A DNA stretch of 64,000 bases, taken from assembly GCA_028826165.1 (NCBI GenBank), contig JAPDFW010000059.1, forward strand, positions 1,612,001-1,676,000, given 5' to 3'. Below the pieces are notes generated by a model that made no database searches, was not told where the DNA came from, and worked only from the letters and a program-made list of their open reading frames with translations. Source of the stretch: Anaeramoeba ignava BMAN. Lineage: Eukaryota > Protista > Anaeramoebae. The first letter of the stretch is position 1. Every line of letters begins with the position of its first letter. The position numbers and the translations under genes were made by a program. Shown one piece after another: positions 37,444 to 53,008 of the stretch.

Positions 37444-38965
37444 TTACATTAATTTGCTAAAATAAATACTGGATAAATCATTTGTATCTCTAGTTTTTAC
37501 TTTATGATCTTTGGGATAATTAATGTACAAAGAACTAAAAGAACTGTTGCCTTCTGATGAAAGCTCAAACAACCTACGCTTAGAAACAGGAACAACTTGA
37601 GAATTTGGTGAATGAAGAAGAGACCGACAACTAAAAATTTGGTTCTCAAATTTCTCTTCAATTCGAGCAGATTTGGAAAGCCTCTCTTCATGTAAATCAG
37701 TGACTTTCATCTCTGCAAGAAACTTTGGGGTGTCTGATAAAGAAGAAGAACGCATCAATTGGGGGTGTGAATTGGAAGATCGGTGCCTTTTCATTTCCAT
37801 ATTGAGTTCAGGTTGAGAAAAACTTCGAGCGACTCTTAAGTTTTTATTCTTCCGACAAAACAATCGCAAATTTTCAATCGTAAAATTTGGTTGTTGAAGA
37901 AAATTAGTAATTTTTTGAAACCGAAATTTAAGTTCATTATTGCTCGCAATAAGTTCGTTTGAATGGTCTTTGTCTCGCATTTTGAGATACTCTTTTGGAT
38001 GACAGAATTCCTTGTTTTCTTTTGACATTTTGAAAAAATTGCGAAAACCTCCGCCTAAAATGTACATTTGTGGATAGAATAGTTTCGGATAAGGATTGCA
38101 TTTGTGATCGATTTGTCTGATGAAATGGAACATTGATGGTGCGCGATTTTTCGAAAACTCGCAGTGAAGAATAAGACATGCATTTTCGTAAATTTGTTCT
38201 GAAAACAAATTCGTGATGATCTTGAAAGGATCGTTCCAATTTTTGGCTCCTTTGATATGACCAGCTTCATATTCAAATGAAAATCTGCAATCAATTACAA
38301 AAATATAATCAAAATTGAAAGATTTTGGAGAATTAAGAACTTTTAAAAGCTTAATTAAAAAAAAAGGAGAAAAAAAAAAGGAGAAAAAAAGAAGAAAAAA
38401 AAAGAAGAAAAAAAAAGAAGAAAAAAAAATTTGTTATTAAAATTGAATTGAAATTGGAATGAAAATGAAGACTTACTGTTTGAGGAGAAATTGTTGGTAA
38501 TTCAGATGGTTCTTCTTTTGTTAATGAAAGAACAAGCTTTTCTAAACAAGGAAAAGAATTATCAAAATTTTTCGTATTTGCTAAATTCGGCATTGAAAAA
38601 GTTGACTTCAAATTATAAGTTGTAGAAGGGGTATAATTAGGGGACTTCTCGCATTCATTTAGTTTTGGAAGTGCATCTTGAAGTTTAATTGAGTTGATTT
38701 TCTTGATTATTGGTTTTTGTTGTTTGATTTCAATAGTCAAGTTTTGTTTTTTTGAATTCAAGTTACAAAACTCTTTTTTAGTTACTTCTTTCGTTTCTTT
38801 TTCCTGGATACTTTGTTTACTGGGATTGATTTGCTTTTGATTTTCGGTTTTGTTTTCATTTTGAACGGCTAGTTGACTTTTAATTTGAGTTTGACTTGAA
38901 TGTTGATTAAGAGCAGTATATTGAATATTGTCTAAATTGTTTGTTCTTTTCCTTTGGTTTTGCAT
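37444..38965 (-). CDS. CDC25: Cdc25-type rhodanese-fold phosphatase
   Basis: Motifs ISPQT, VIDCRFSFEYEAGHIKGA, catalytic HCEFSKNRAP (CX5R) and YP.L.YP.MYIL.GG. Intron ~38350-38476 (GTAAGT..AAG). An additional upstream exon cannot be excluded. Confidence 0.9.
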
Positions 38966-39879
38966 TTTTTTTTTAAAGGAGTCTAATTTAAAAAAAAATA
39001 ATAATACGAGTTAAGATTATATTATTGAAAAAAAATGATAGAAGCAAATGTCTTTTTTTTTTTCAATTAGAAAAAAATTTTTTTTTTGTAATAGTTTTTT
39101 TCTTCTTTTCTTTTTAATTTGAACCAAATTATTTATTTATTTTTAAAACAAAATTAAACTATTACTAATGTTTTTTTTTTTTCCTTTTTTTAATTGTTTA
39201 TTTTGGATTAATTGATCTAATTTATTTATTAATTGAAAATAAAAAGCAAAAAACAAAAAGTAATTTTTTTATTTTAATTTTTAGTTTATTTTTTTTTTTA
39301 AATTTGATTCCATTTTGATACCTTTTTTCGCAAACTGAAACAATGAATTTTAAATTGAATTCAATTAAAAGTTATTTTAAAATATAATTTCAAACCAATT
39401 TATAAAATTGAAATAGTTAATTATAATTAAAATTTTTGAGGATTTATTCATTTATTTATTTTTTGAAAATTAAGTTTTTTTTTAGATCATGAATTAATTG
39501 TTTTAATCTTTTTTTTTCTTTTAATTTTTTGAATTAAACTTATTTCTGAAAAACTTAATTTTTTTTATACATATTTTTTAATATTAAATTGGGATAAAAG
39601 TTCTTAAAGGATGAATGGAAAATCGTGTAAAAGAAATTAAAAGCAAAAAAGTAGAAACAATTTTAAATTGAATTGTTCAGTTTCTAAATTATTTTGGATC
39701 TTTCTAAAATTTTTAATTAACAAAATAATTTAAAAACAACAAATTTTTTTTTATTTTTTTTTGAACTAGATCATTATTCAAATTCTTTTTTATTTTTTGA
39801 TTATTTGAATCCATTTTATTTTTAAAATTAAAAATTATTAATAAAACCAAATTTAATTATTCAACAAATCTATTTAAAA

Positions 39880-42800
39880 ATTTATTAAATTTTTAATTAA
39901 AATTTTAATATAATTATATAATTATTTTTAATAGTTTTAATTTAATATTTAATTTATAAATCTTTTTAAAATAAATTAAATAATAAATTTATTAATTAAA
40001 TTTAATTATTTATTATTTATTTTATTATTAAATTGTTAATAAAATATTTTAATATAATTATATAATTATTTTTAATAGTTTTAAATTATTATTTAATTTA
40101 TAGATCTTTTTAAAATAAATTGAATAATAAATTTATTAATTTAATTTTAATTATTTATTATTTATTTTATTATTAAATTGTTAATAAAATTATTTTAATG
40201 TAATTATATAATTATTTTTAATAAGTTTTAAATTTATTATTTAATTTATAAATCTTTTTAAAATAAATTGAATAATAAATTTATTAATTTAAATTTTAAT
40301 TATTTATTATTTATTTTATTATTAACTTTTTAATAAAATATTTTAATGTAATTATATAATTATTTTTAATAGTTTTAAATTATTATTTAATTTATAGATC
40401 TTTTTAAAATAAATTAAATAATAAATTTATTAATTTAATTTAATTATTTATTATTTATTTTATTATTAAATTTTTATTAAAATATTTTAATATAATTATA
40501 TAATTATTTTTAATAGTTTTAAATTATTATTTAATTTATAAATCTTTTTAAAATAAATTAAATAATAAATTTATTAATTTAAATTTAATTATTTATTATT
40601 TATTTTATTATTAAATTATTAATAAAATATTTTAATATAATTATATAATTATTTTTAATAAGTTTTAAATTATTATTTAATTTATAAATCTTTTTAAAAT
40701 AAATTGAGTAATAAATTTATTAATTTAATTTAATTATTTATTATTTATTTTATTATTAAATTATTAATAAAATATTTTAATATAATTATATAATTATTTT
40801 TAATAGTTTTTAAATTATTATTTAAATTATAAATCTTTTTAAAATAAATTAAATAATAAATTTATTAATTTAAATTTAATTATTTATTATTTATTTTATT
40901 ATTAAATTATTAATAAAATATTTTAATATAATTATATAATTATTTTTAATAGGTTTTAATTATTATTTAATTTATAAATCTTTTTAAAATAAATTAAATA
41001 ATAAATTTATTAATTAAATTTAATTATTTATTATTTATTTTATTATTAAATTATTAATAAAATATTTTAATATAATTATATAATTATTTTTAATAAGTTT
41101 TAAATTATTATTTAATTTATAAATCTTTTTAAAATAAATTGAATAATAAATTTATTAATTTAATTTAATTATTTATTATTTATTTTATTATTAAATTATT
41201 AATAAAATATTTTAATATAATTATATAATTATTTTTAATAGTTTTAAATTATTATTTAATTTATAAATCTTTTTAAAATAAATTAAATAATAAATTTATT
41301 AATTTAAATTTAATTATTTATTATTTATTTTATTATTAAATTTTTAATTAAATATTTTAATATAATTATATAATTATTTTTAATAGTTTTAAATTATTAT
41401 TTAATTTATAGATCTTTTTAAAATAAATTAAATAATAAATTTATTAATTTAATTTTAATTATTTATTATTTATTTTATTATTAACTTTTTAATAAAATAT
41501 TTTAATGTAATTATATAATTATTTTTAATAGTTTTAAATTATTATTTAATTTATAGATCTTTTTAAAATAAATTAAATAATAAATTTATTAATTAAATTT
41601 AATTATTTATTATTTATTTTATTATTAACTTTTAATAAAATATTTTAATATAATTATATAATTATTTTTAATAGTTTTAAATTATTATTTAATTTATAAA
41701 TCTTTTTAAAATAAATTAAATAATAAATTTATTAATTTAATTTAATTATTTATTATTTATTTTATTATTAAATTATTAATAAAATATTTTAATATAATTA
41801 TATAATTATTTTTAATAGTTTTAAATTATTATTTAATTTATAAATCTTTTTAAAATAAATTAAATAATAAATTTATTAATTTAAATTTAATTATTTATTA
41901 TTTATTTTATTATTAAATTATTAATAAAATATTTTAATATAATTATATAATTATTTTTAATAAGTTTAAATTATTATTTAATTTATAAATCTTTTTAAAA
42001 TAAATTAAATAATAAATTTATTAATTTAATTTAATTATTTATTATTTTATTTTTATTATTAAATTATTTATTAAAATATTTTAATATAATTATATAATTA
42101 TTTTTAATAGTTTTAAATTATTATTTATTTTTTATAAATCTTTTAAAATAAATTAAATAATAAATTTATTAATTTAATTTAATTATTTATTATTTATTTT
42201 ATTATTAAATTATTAATTAAAATATTTTAATATAATTATATAATTATTTTTAATAGTTTTAAATTATTATTTAATTTATAAATCTTTTTAAAATAAATTA
42301 AATAATAAATTTATTAATTTAATTTAATTATTTATTATTTATTTTATTATTAAATTTTAATAAAATATTTTAATATAATTATATAATTATTTTTAATAGT
42401 TTTAAATTATTATTTAATTTATAAATCTTTTTAAAATAAATTAAATAATAAATTTATTAATTTAAATTTAATTATTTATTATTTATTTTATTATTAACTT
42501 TTAATAAAATATTTTTAATATAATTATATAATTATTTTTAATAGGTTTTAAATTATTATTTAATTTATAAATCTTTTTAAAATAAATTAAATAATAAATT
42601 TATTAATTAAATTTAATTATTTATTATTTATTTTATTATTAAATTATTAATTAAATATTTTAATATAATTATATAATTATTTTTAATAGTTTTAAATTAT
42701 TATTTAATTTATAAATCTTTTTAAAATAAATTAAATAATAAATTTATTAATTTAAATTTAATTATTTATTATTTATTTTATTATTAAATTATTAATAAAA

Positions 42801-45555
42801 ATATTTTAATATAATTATATAATTATTTTTAATAAGTTTTAAATTATTTTTTAATTTATAAATCTTTTTAAAATAAATTAAATAATAAATTTATTAATTT
42901 AATTTAATTATTTATTATTTATTTTATTATTAAATTATTAATAAATTATTTTAATATAATTATATAATTATTTTTAATAGTTTTAAATTATTATTTAATT
43001 TATAAATCTTTTTAAAATAAATTGAATAATAAATTTATTAATTTAATTTAATTATTTATTAATTATTTTTTATTAAAAATTATTAATAAAATATTTTAAT
43101 ATAATTATATAATTATTTTTAATTGTTTTAAATTATTATTTAATTTATAGATCTTTTTAAAATAAATTAAATAATAAATTTATTAATTTAATTTAATTAT
43201 TTATTATTTATTTTATTATTAACTTTTTAATAAAATATTTTAATATAATTATATAATTATTTTTAATAAGTTTTAAATTATTATCTAATTTATAAATCTT
43301 TTTAAAATAAATTAAATAATAAATTTATTAATTTAATTTAATTATTTATTATTTATTTTATTATTAACTTTTTATTAAAATATTTTAATATAATTATATA
43401 ATTATTTTTAATAGTTTTAAATTATTATTTAATTTATAGATCTTTTTAAAATAAATTAAATAATAAATTTATTAATTAAATTTAATTATTTATTATTTAT
43501 TTTATTATTAAATTATTAATAAAATATTTTAATATAATTATATAATTATTTTTAATAGTTTTTAAATTATTATTTAATTTATAAATCTTTTTAAAATAAA
43601 TTAAATAATAAATTTATTAATTTAATTTAATTATTTATTATTTATTTTATTATTAAATTTTTAATAAATTATTTTAATATAATTATATAATTATTTTTAA
43701 TAAGTTTTAAATTTATTATTTAATTTATAAATCTTTTTAAAATAAATTGAATAATAAATTTATTAATTAAATTTAATTATTTATTAATTATTTTATTATT
43801 AAATTATTAATAAAATATTTTTAATATAATTATATAATTATTTTTAAATAAGTTTAAATTAATATTTAATTTATAAATCTTTTTAAAATAAATTGAATAA
43901 TAAATTTATTAATTTAATTTAATTATTTATTATTTATTTTATTATTAAATTATTAATAAATTATTTTAATATAATTATATAATTATTTTAAATAGTTTTA
44001 AATTATTATTTAATTTATAAATCTTTTTAAAATAAATTAAATAATAAATTTATTAATTTAATTTAATTATTTATTATTTATTTTATTATTAAATTTTTAA
44101 TAAAATATTTTAATATAATTATATAATTATTTTTAATAGTTTTAAATTATTGTTTAATTTATAGATCTTTTTAAAATAAATTAAATAATAAATTTATTAA
44201 TTAAATTTAATTATTTATTAATTATTTTATTATTAAATTATTAATAAAAATATTTTAATATAATTATATAATTATTTTTAATAGTTTTAAATTATTATTT
44301 AATTTATAGATCTTTTTAAAATAAATTGAGTAATAAATTTATTAATTTAATTTAATTATTTATTATTTATTTTATTATTAAATTATTAATAAAATATTTT
44401 AATATAATTATATAATTATTTTTAATAAGTTTTAAATTATTATTTAATTTATAAATCTTTTAAAATAAATTAAATAATAAATTTATTAATTTAATTTAAT
44501 TATTTATTATTTATTTTATTATTAAATTTTTAATAAAATATTTTAATATAATTATATAATTATTTTTAATAAGTTTTTAAATTATTATTTAATTTATAAA
44601 TCTTTTTAAAATAAATTAAATAATAAATTTATTAATTAAATTTAATTATTTATTATTTATTTTATTATTAACTTTTTAATAAAAATTTTAATATAATTAT
44701 ATAATTATTTTTAATAAGTTTTAAATTATTATTTAATTTATAAATCTTTTTAAAATAAATTAAATAATAAATTTATTAATTAAATTTAATTATTTATTAT
44801 TTATTTTATTATTAAATTATTAATTAAATTATTTTAATATAATTATATAATTGTTTTTAATAAGTTTTAAATTATTGTTTAATTTATAAATCTTTTTAAA
44901 ATAAATTAAATAATAAATTTATTAATTTAAATTTAATTATTTATTATTTATTTTATTATTAAATTATTAATAAAATATTTTAATATAATTATATAATTAT
45001 TTTTAATTGTTTTAAATTATTGTTTAATTTATAGATCTTTTTTAAAATAAATTAAATAATAAATTTATTAATTTAAATTTAATTATTTATTATTTTATTT
45101 TATTATTAAATTATTAATTAAAATATTTTAATATAATTATATAATTATTTTTAATAGTTTTTAAATTATTATTTAATTTATAAATCTTTTTAAAATAAAT
45201 TAAATAATAAATTTATTAATTTAATTTAATTATTTATTATTTATTTTATTATTAACTTTTTTTTAATAAAATATTTTAATATAATTATATAATTATTTTA
45301 AATAAGTTTTAAATTATTATTTAATTTATAGATCTTTTTAAAATAAATTAAATAATAAATTTATTAATTTAAATTTAATTATTTATTATTTATTTTATTA
45401 TTAAATTATTAATAAAATATTTTAATATAATTATATAATTATTTTAAATAGTTTTAAATTATTATTTAATTTATAAATCTTTTTAAAATAAATTAAATAA
45501 TAAATTTATTAATTTAAATTTAATTATTTATTAATTATTTTATTATTAACTTTTT
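39880..45555. repeat. ~145-bp AT-rich satellite, ~39 copies (candidate centromere)
   Basis: The marker C of AAATCTTTTTAAAAT recurs at 39962, 40106, 40254 ... 45334, 45479 (mean spacing ~145 nt). Confidence 0.92.
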
Positions 45556-45781
45556 AATTAAAAAAAAAATAAGAAAAATTGTTTGTTTTGTTTTGTTTTG
45601 AATTGATTTGAATTGATTCATTTATTAAGTAAACTAAATGAACCAAAAATAGAAGAAAATAGTAAAAAAAAAGAAAATAGAAAAAGTTTGAGAATAAAAG
45701 AAAAAAAAAGGTAAAAATCAATTTGGAAAAAACCAAAAAAAAACAAAAAAAAAGTTTTTTGAATTTGGTTTAAATTTGATT

Positions 45782-48700
45782 TTAAAGTTGGTCATCATCA
45801 AGAACATCTTTTGCATAGAAACTCTTATGAAGCATAAGGGTTTGATTTTTCTCTGCTTCATACTTATCTTTAGCAATTGCATCATCAACAGCTTGAGAAG
45901 TATCTGGAATCACAACTCGAAGAAGTAATTTGAGGACAATCAATATATGCTCAACTGCAATCAAAAACCATAATCTTTCAGTATCACTAATACCATCAGA
46001 GAAATAATAATCTAATTGTTCGGTGGATGAAACAGCAACAAGAGCTAATAATCAAATGAAATTTTTGAATTTTTTTATTAATAAATTTTTAAATTTTTTA
46101 TTAATAAATTTTTAAATTTTTTAATTTTGAAATTTTTAAATTTTTTATTAATAAATTTTTAAATTTTTTACCAATATTGCTTAAAATGATTAAGAAGGAT
46201 AAAATTTCAAGAATAATAATCCATGATCCAATTCCATTTGCAGGACGAGGTTCTGGTCTCTATTTAAAATTAAAAATTAAAATAAATATTTAAAATAAAA
46301 TAAAAATATAATTTAAAATAAATATAATTTACCTTCATGTTCTTCAACTTGAAAGAATCTGTTCGGATTTCAATAATATTATTCAATAAAGCAAGTATAC
46401 TTGCTGCTGGGAAAGAAATTGAGAACAAAGAAATATAACCAAACTGAATCATCATTTCGGAATAATCATCAATAGTGTAACTATATCTTGGATATTTAGC
46501 TTGTTTTTCAATCATAGAAACATCAGGAACATCAATGCCTTGATCGCGAAGTGCTTTAACACGTTTCTTTTCCTTTCTGATCTTAAGCTTACCTCTGATA
46601 TAAGGAAGAAAAACTTCCTGAACATTTCCCAAAGCTTGTCTGAAAATAAGAAGGGAACCCAAGTGAGTAGTCAAGTAAGTGATATCCTGAGCAATGAATG
46701 CAATGCAAAAAGTGGATGTCCAACTGTTGATAGACTGAAACAAGAAGAACTTGACAATAAGAGCATTCTCGTATTTTGTGTCTGTTTCGTGATTTTCCCA
46801 GTCATTAAGTCTTGGCGCAACTCGTTGGAAAATGAAATTCAGAACAAAAATACTGGCTCCAGTTGCAACGGCTGTCCAAACTTTGTATCCGAAGTCGATA
46901 TGTTTGTCGTTGTCAATAAGTTTCTTTTTGTTGATGAAAACAGATGCGCAAATAGCGGCTGTGATGAAGCAAAAGATCACAAAATATGAGCCAATGTACT
47001 TAAGTTTTCTTTTCCATCCTGGATAAAACGGTTCTTCTTCGTTCGTAATTGGTGACATGCGAATTTTGCCCTTGAATTCCGGCCGAATTTGTTCTTCTCG
47101 TTCGTAAAACAATGTGTCCCAATGCAGTGCTTTTGTGTTACTTTTCCTTTTCCAGGTCTCAACAAACACTGTTGTCCATAAAACAATGAACAATGAATAA
47201 AATAAAATGGCTGGTGTATCAACTTTTGCTTTGGCAATCTGCACAATTCCAAATGGTATTGATACAATTGAGAGGAAAATCAACCATTCTGTGTAAAATC
47301 CTAAATATGTGAAATAAAATGCAACGTTTTCTCCAAAATAATCTCGGACTTGATCGATAGGTTGAGTGCATTTACAACTTTTTGACCATCTTTTAAGGAG
47401 TGGATCAAGTTCATCATAGTTGTGAACCGAGAACATATCAGTTGCATATTTTTTTCGAATTAATTTAGTGACATCTAATTAAAATTAAAATAAAAATTAA
47501 ATTAAAATAAAAATTAAATTAAAATAAAAATTAAATTAAAATTAAAATTAAAATTAAAATTAAAATTAAAATCAATATTAAAATCAAAATCAAAATTAAA
47601 ATTAAAATTAAAATTAAAATTAAATTATTAATATGAAAAAAACTTACTTATTCCACATCCACCTTGATCTTTTTTGGCTTCAATAACTGTTCGAATGATT
47701 TTTTGTCTAATATTTATTTTTTTTTAAATAAGTAATTATTCATTTTAAATTTAAAACAAAAAAAATACCTTTCGGATGAATTAAAAACACATTCTTCAGA
47801 ATGAGCAAGAAACATGTTTTTTTGTGACATTCTAAATTCTGCATATCCAAGATAAGTGGGTCCTTCCATTCCTGCAATTTTAACTCTTAATTTGCTTTTT
47901 TCGGCCCATCTTTCAAGAAAATGATTAGAAGCACCAATTTCTATTTTTTTATAAATAATTTATAAATAATTTTATATTTAATTTTATAATTAATTTTATA
48001 TTTAATTTTATAAATAATTTTATATTTAATTTTATAATTAATTTTATAAATAATTTTATATTTAATTTTATAAATAATTTTATATTTAATTTTATAATTA
48101 GTTTTATATTTAATTTTATAAATAATTTTATAATTAATTTTATAAATAATTTTATATTTAATTTTATAAATAATTTTATAATTAATTTTATAAATAATTT
48201 TATATTTAATTTTATAAATAATTTTATATTTAATTTTATAAATAATTTTATAAATAATTTTATAAATAATTTTATAAATAATTTTATAAATAATTTTATA
48301 ATTAATTTTATAAATAATTTTATATTAATTTTATAATTAATTTAATAAATAATTTTATATTTAATTTTATATTTAATTTTATAATTAATTTTATATTAAA
48401 TTTATAAATAATTTTATAATTTAATTTACATAAATAATTTTATAAATAATTTTATATTTAATTTTATATTTAATTTTATAAATAATTTTATAAATAATTT
48501 TATATTTAATTTTATAAATAATTTTATATTTAATTTTATATTTAATTTTATATTTAATTTTATAAATAATTTTATAAATAATTTTATATTTAATTTTATA
48601 TTTAATTTTATATTTAATTTTATATTTAATTTTATAAATAATTTTATATTTAATTTTATATTAAATTTATAAATAATTTTATATTTAATTTTATAAATAA

Positions 48701-49424
48701 TTTTATAAATAATTTTATATTTAATTTTATAAATAATTTTATAAATAATTTTATAAATAATTTTATAAATAATTTTATAAATAATTTTATATTTAATTTT
48801 ATAAATAATTTTATAAATAATTTTATAAATAATTTTATATTTAATTTTATATTTAATTTTATATTTAATTTTATAAATAATTTTATATTTAATTTTATAT
48901 TAAATTTATAAATAATTTTATAAATGCAGATAACCATCGTTAAATTTTAAACATTTCCCCAAAAGGAATAAATTGAAAACAATAACCACAAAAGAAAAAC
49001 AAAAATAAAATGAAAAAAAGCAAAATTGGACAAAAAGCAAAAAAAAAATAAGAATAAAAATTTACAAAAAAAAAATAAAAAAATAAAAAAATAAACAAAT
49101 ACCAATAAAAGTAAATTCATTTCCAACAGAAGAAGTCTCACGGAGTTTTAAACCAGCACCAGTAAGCCAAGTTTTAATTTTTTCTTTCTTTCTTTCAGCA
49201 TGTTCAAGTTTGTCTTCAGTTACTTTTTTACAACATCCATTGTCAGTTAAATCTTGTTCAGCAAAAACAACAACCCATTCATAAAATATCTTATCATCAT
49301 CATTTTCAATATCTTTACCGTCATCAACCTTTGTTGTGTCATCAATCGCTATTTCACTGTGTTCTGTATTAAATTGTACTTGGTTATCTTGGTCATCTAA
49401 GTTTAAGTTATCTTGATCTGCCAT
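45782..49424 (-). CDS. Anoctamin/TMEM16 (ANO10-like scramblase/channel)
   Basis: Motifs QPIDQVRDYFGENVAFYF, WKRK, LNDWENH, DYSEMMIQFGY, LLNNIIEIRTDSFKL, RP.P..A.GIG.W and IAVEH. Six exons joined by GT-AG introns. Confidence 0.92.
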
Positions 49425-51930
49425 TTTGAATTAACGAATCAAATTAAAATCAAATGACAAAAAATAAAAAAATAAAACAAAAAAGAAGAAAAAAAATGAA
49501 TTTTTCTTTTTTATTTTTTTTTTAATTAATTTTTTTTTTGCTTTTTTAAATAAAAAAATTTTTTTTTATTTTTTTTTTATTTTTTTTTTATTTTTTCTCC
49601 TTTTTATTTTTCATTTTTTTTTTCATTTTTTTTAAAATGGTTTTCTATTTAAAAATTCAAATAAAATTAATAAAATAAAATTAATATTTTTTTTTTTATT
49701 TTTTTAGTCAAATCAAAAATTCAGAAGATAGAAATTTATCTCCAAATCATCAACATGTTAGAGATTATTCTCCAAGATGGGATGAACGCAGATCTCCACA
49801 TGACCATAAAAATAAACCAAGAATTCGTTCTCCTGTTAGAGACCATTCTCCAATTAGAGAACCTTCCCCTTATAGACAACATTCACCTATTGGGTTGTAT
49901 TTAATTTTATAAATAATTTTATAAATAATTTTACCAATAACTTGACATTTAATTTTATAAATAATTTAATAAATAATATTATAAATAATTTTACCAATAA
50001 CTTGACATTTAATTTTATAAATAATTTAATATATAACTTTATATTTAATTTAATAATAAATTTAATAAATAATTTTATAAATAATTTTATATATAATTTT
50101 ATATATAATTTTATATATAATTTTATATTTAATTTTATAAATAATTTTATAAATAATTTAATAAATAATTTTATAAATAATTTAATAAATAATTTTATAA
50201 ATAATTTAATAAATAATTTTATAAATAATTTAATAATTAATTTTAATAATAGTTTTATAATTAATTTTATATTTAATTTTATAAATAATTTTATAATTAA
50301 TTTTATTAATAGTTTTATAATTAATTTTATAATTAATTTAATAAATAATTTTATAATTAATTTTATAAATAATTTTATAAATAATTTTATAAATAATTTT
50401 ATAATTAATTTTATAAATAATTTTATTAATAATTTTATAAATAATTTTAATAATAGTTTTTATAATTAATTTAATAATTAATTTTATAAATAATTTTATA
50501 AATAATTTTATAAATAATTTAATAAATAATTTTATATAATTTTATAAATAATTTTATAAATAATTTTATAAATAATTTTATAAATAATTTTATATATAAT
50601 TTTATATATAATTTAATAAATAATTTTATAAATAATTTTTATATATAATTTTATAAATAATTTAATAAATAATTTTACCAATAATTTTATAAATAATTTT
50701 ATAAATAATTTTATAAATAATTTATAAATAATTTTATAAATAATTTTTATAATTAATTTTATAAATAATTTTATAAATAATTTTATATATAATTTTATAA
50801 ATAATTTTATAAATAATTTTATAAATAATTTTATATATAATTTTATATATAATTTTATAAATAATTTTATAAATAATTTTATAAATAATTTTATATATAA
50901 TTTTATATATAATTTTATAAATAATTTTATAAATAATTTTATAAATAATTTTATAAATAATTTTATAAATAAATTAATATATAATTTTATATTTGATTTT
51001 ATAAATAATTTTATAAATAATTTTATAAATAATTTTATAAATAATTTTATAATTAATTTTATAAATAATTTTTATAATTAATTTTATAAATAATTTAATA
51101 AATAATTTTATATTTAATTTTATAATTAATTTTATAAATAATTTTATAAATAATTTTATATATAATTTTATAATTAATTTTATAAATAATTTTATAAATA
51201 ATTTTATATATAATTTTATATATAATTTTATAATTAATTTAATAAATAATTTTATAAATAATTTAATAATTAATTTTAATAATAGTTTTATATTTAATTT
51301 TTATAAATAATTTTATAAATAATTTTATAATTAATTTTACCAATAACTTGACATTTAATTTAATAAAATAATTTTACCAATAATTTTACCAATAACTTGA
51401 CATTTAATTTAATAAATAATTTAATAAATAATTTAATAAATAATTTTATATATAACTTTATAAATAATTTTATATTTAATTTTTATATATAATTTAATAA
51501 ATAATTTTATAAATAATTTTATAATTAATTTTATAAATAATTTTATAAATAATTTTATAATTAATTTTATAATTAATTTTATAATTAATTTTATAAATAA
51601 TTTTATAAATAATTTTATATTTAATTTTATAATTAATTTTATAATTAATTTTATAAATAATTTAATAAATAATTTAATAAATAATTTTATATTTAATTTT
51701 ATAAATAATTTAATAATTAATTTAATAATTAATTTTATATATAATTTTATAAATAATTTTATAAATAATTTTATATTTAATTTAATAAATAATTTAATAA
51801 ATAATTTTATATATAATTTTATAATTAATTTTATATTTAATTTTATAAATAATTTTATAAATAATTTAATAAATAATTTTATAATTAATTTTATTAATAA
51901 TTTTATATTTAATTTTATATATGATTTTAT
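47945..51930. repeat. Two intronic (AATTTTATAAAT)n 12-mer arrays (47945-48920; 49900-51930)
   Basis: Direct reading; located in introns of anoctamin and the Tra2-like gene. Confidence 0.88.
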
Positions 51931-52546
51931 AAATAGGGAAGATAAAGGATCTGTTTTATATATCTCAGGCTTAAAATTCGAATGTAGAATTAATGATTTA
52001 CATCATTTATTTTCGAAATTTGGAAAAGTAAAAATAATTTTATTATGTTTTTTTAAAATAATAAATTTAAATATATAATTTTATATTTCAAAAGATTGAA
52101 AATATTTCATTAGTTACTGATCCTCGAACTAGATTATCTCGTGGATTTGGTTTTGTTACAATGTCCAATTCTGAAGAAGCAGATAATTGTATTGAAAAAT
52201 TAAATCAAACAACTTTTGATGGAAAAGTTATTCGAGTTGAACGAGTATTTCAAATTCAAATTCAAATTCAAATTCAAATTCAAATTTAAATTCAAATTCA
52301 AATTCAATTTTAATTTCAAAATCAATTTCAATTCAAATTCAATTTCAATTCAAATTTTATTTTCAATTTAAAAATAATTTAGTCAAGAAGAGAAAAACCA
52401 AGAACACCAACACCCGGACATTATCTTGGAAGAAGTAAAATATTCAAACAATTAATAATAAAAATAAAATTAATAATAATATTAATAATAAAATTAATAA
52501 TAATAATAATATTAATAATAATATTAATAATAATATTAATAATAAT

Positions 52547-52589
<43 letters not shown>

Positions 52590-53008
52590 TTAATAATAAT
52601 AATATTAATAATAATAATATTAATAATAATAATATTATTAATAATAATAATATTAATAATATTAATAATATTAATAATAATAATAAAGGAGGAAGAAGAT
52701 ACGGAGCTGGATTTGGAGGAGGAGGAGGAAGAAGAAGATATTATCAAGACAGACCACGATATCATGATAATGGATATCACCCTTACGAACGAAGAAGACC
52801 AAGATCACCATATCGAAAGTATTCACGTTCTCCATCAAGATCAATGTCTCCACCTCGTCGATTTAATTCACCAAATGAACAACGTTCAAAATCACCATAT
52901 CGTAAACATTCACGTTCTCCTTATAGAGAAACTAGACACAATAATTATAACAGAATTCCTCCACTCAATACAAATGAACCTCCATTTTCTCCACAAAGAA
53001 GATTCTAA
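49637..53008 (+). CDS. TRA2: Tra2/SR45a-like RRM-RS splicing factor
   Basis: RS/SP-rich N-terminus; RRM (LYISGL ... DPRTRLSRGFGFV); Tra2 signature KPRTPTPGHYLG; G/R and RSP-rich tail ending at TAA 53008. Exons ~49637-39, 49708-49893, 51937-52027, 52095-52244, 52383-52434, 52688-53008. One probable extra A at ~49717. Confidence 0.85.

Noticed and set aside
39880-45555. CRISPR array or transposon
   Set aside because: There are no unique spacers, cas genes, terminal repeats or transposase ORFs; it is a pure tandem satellite.
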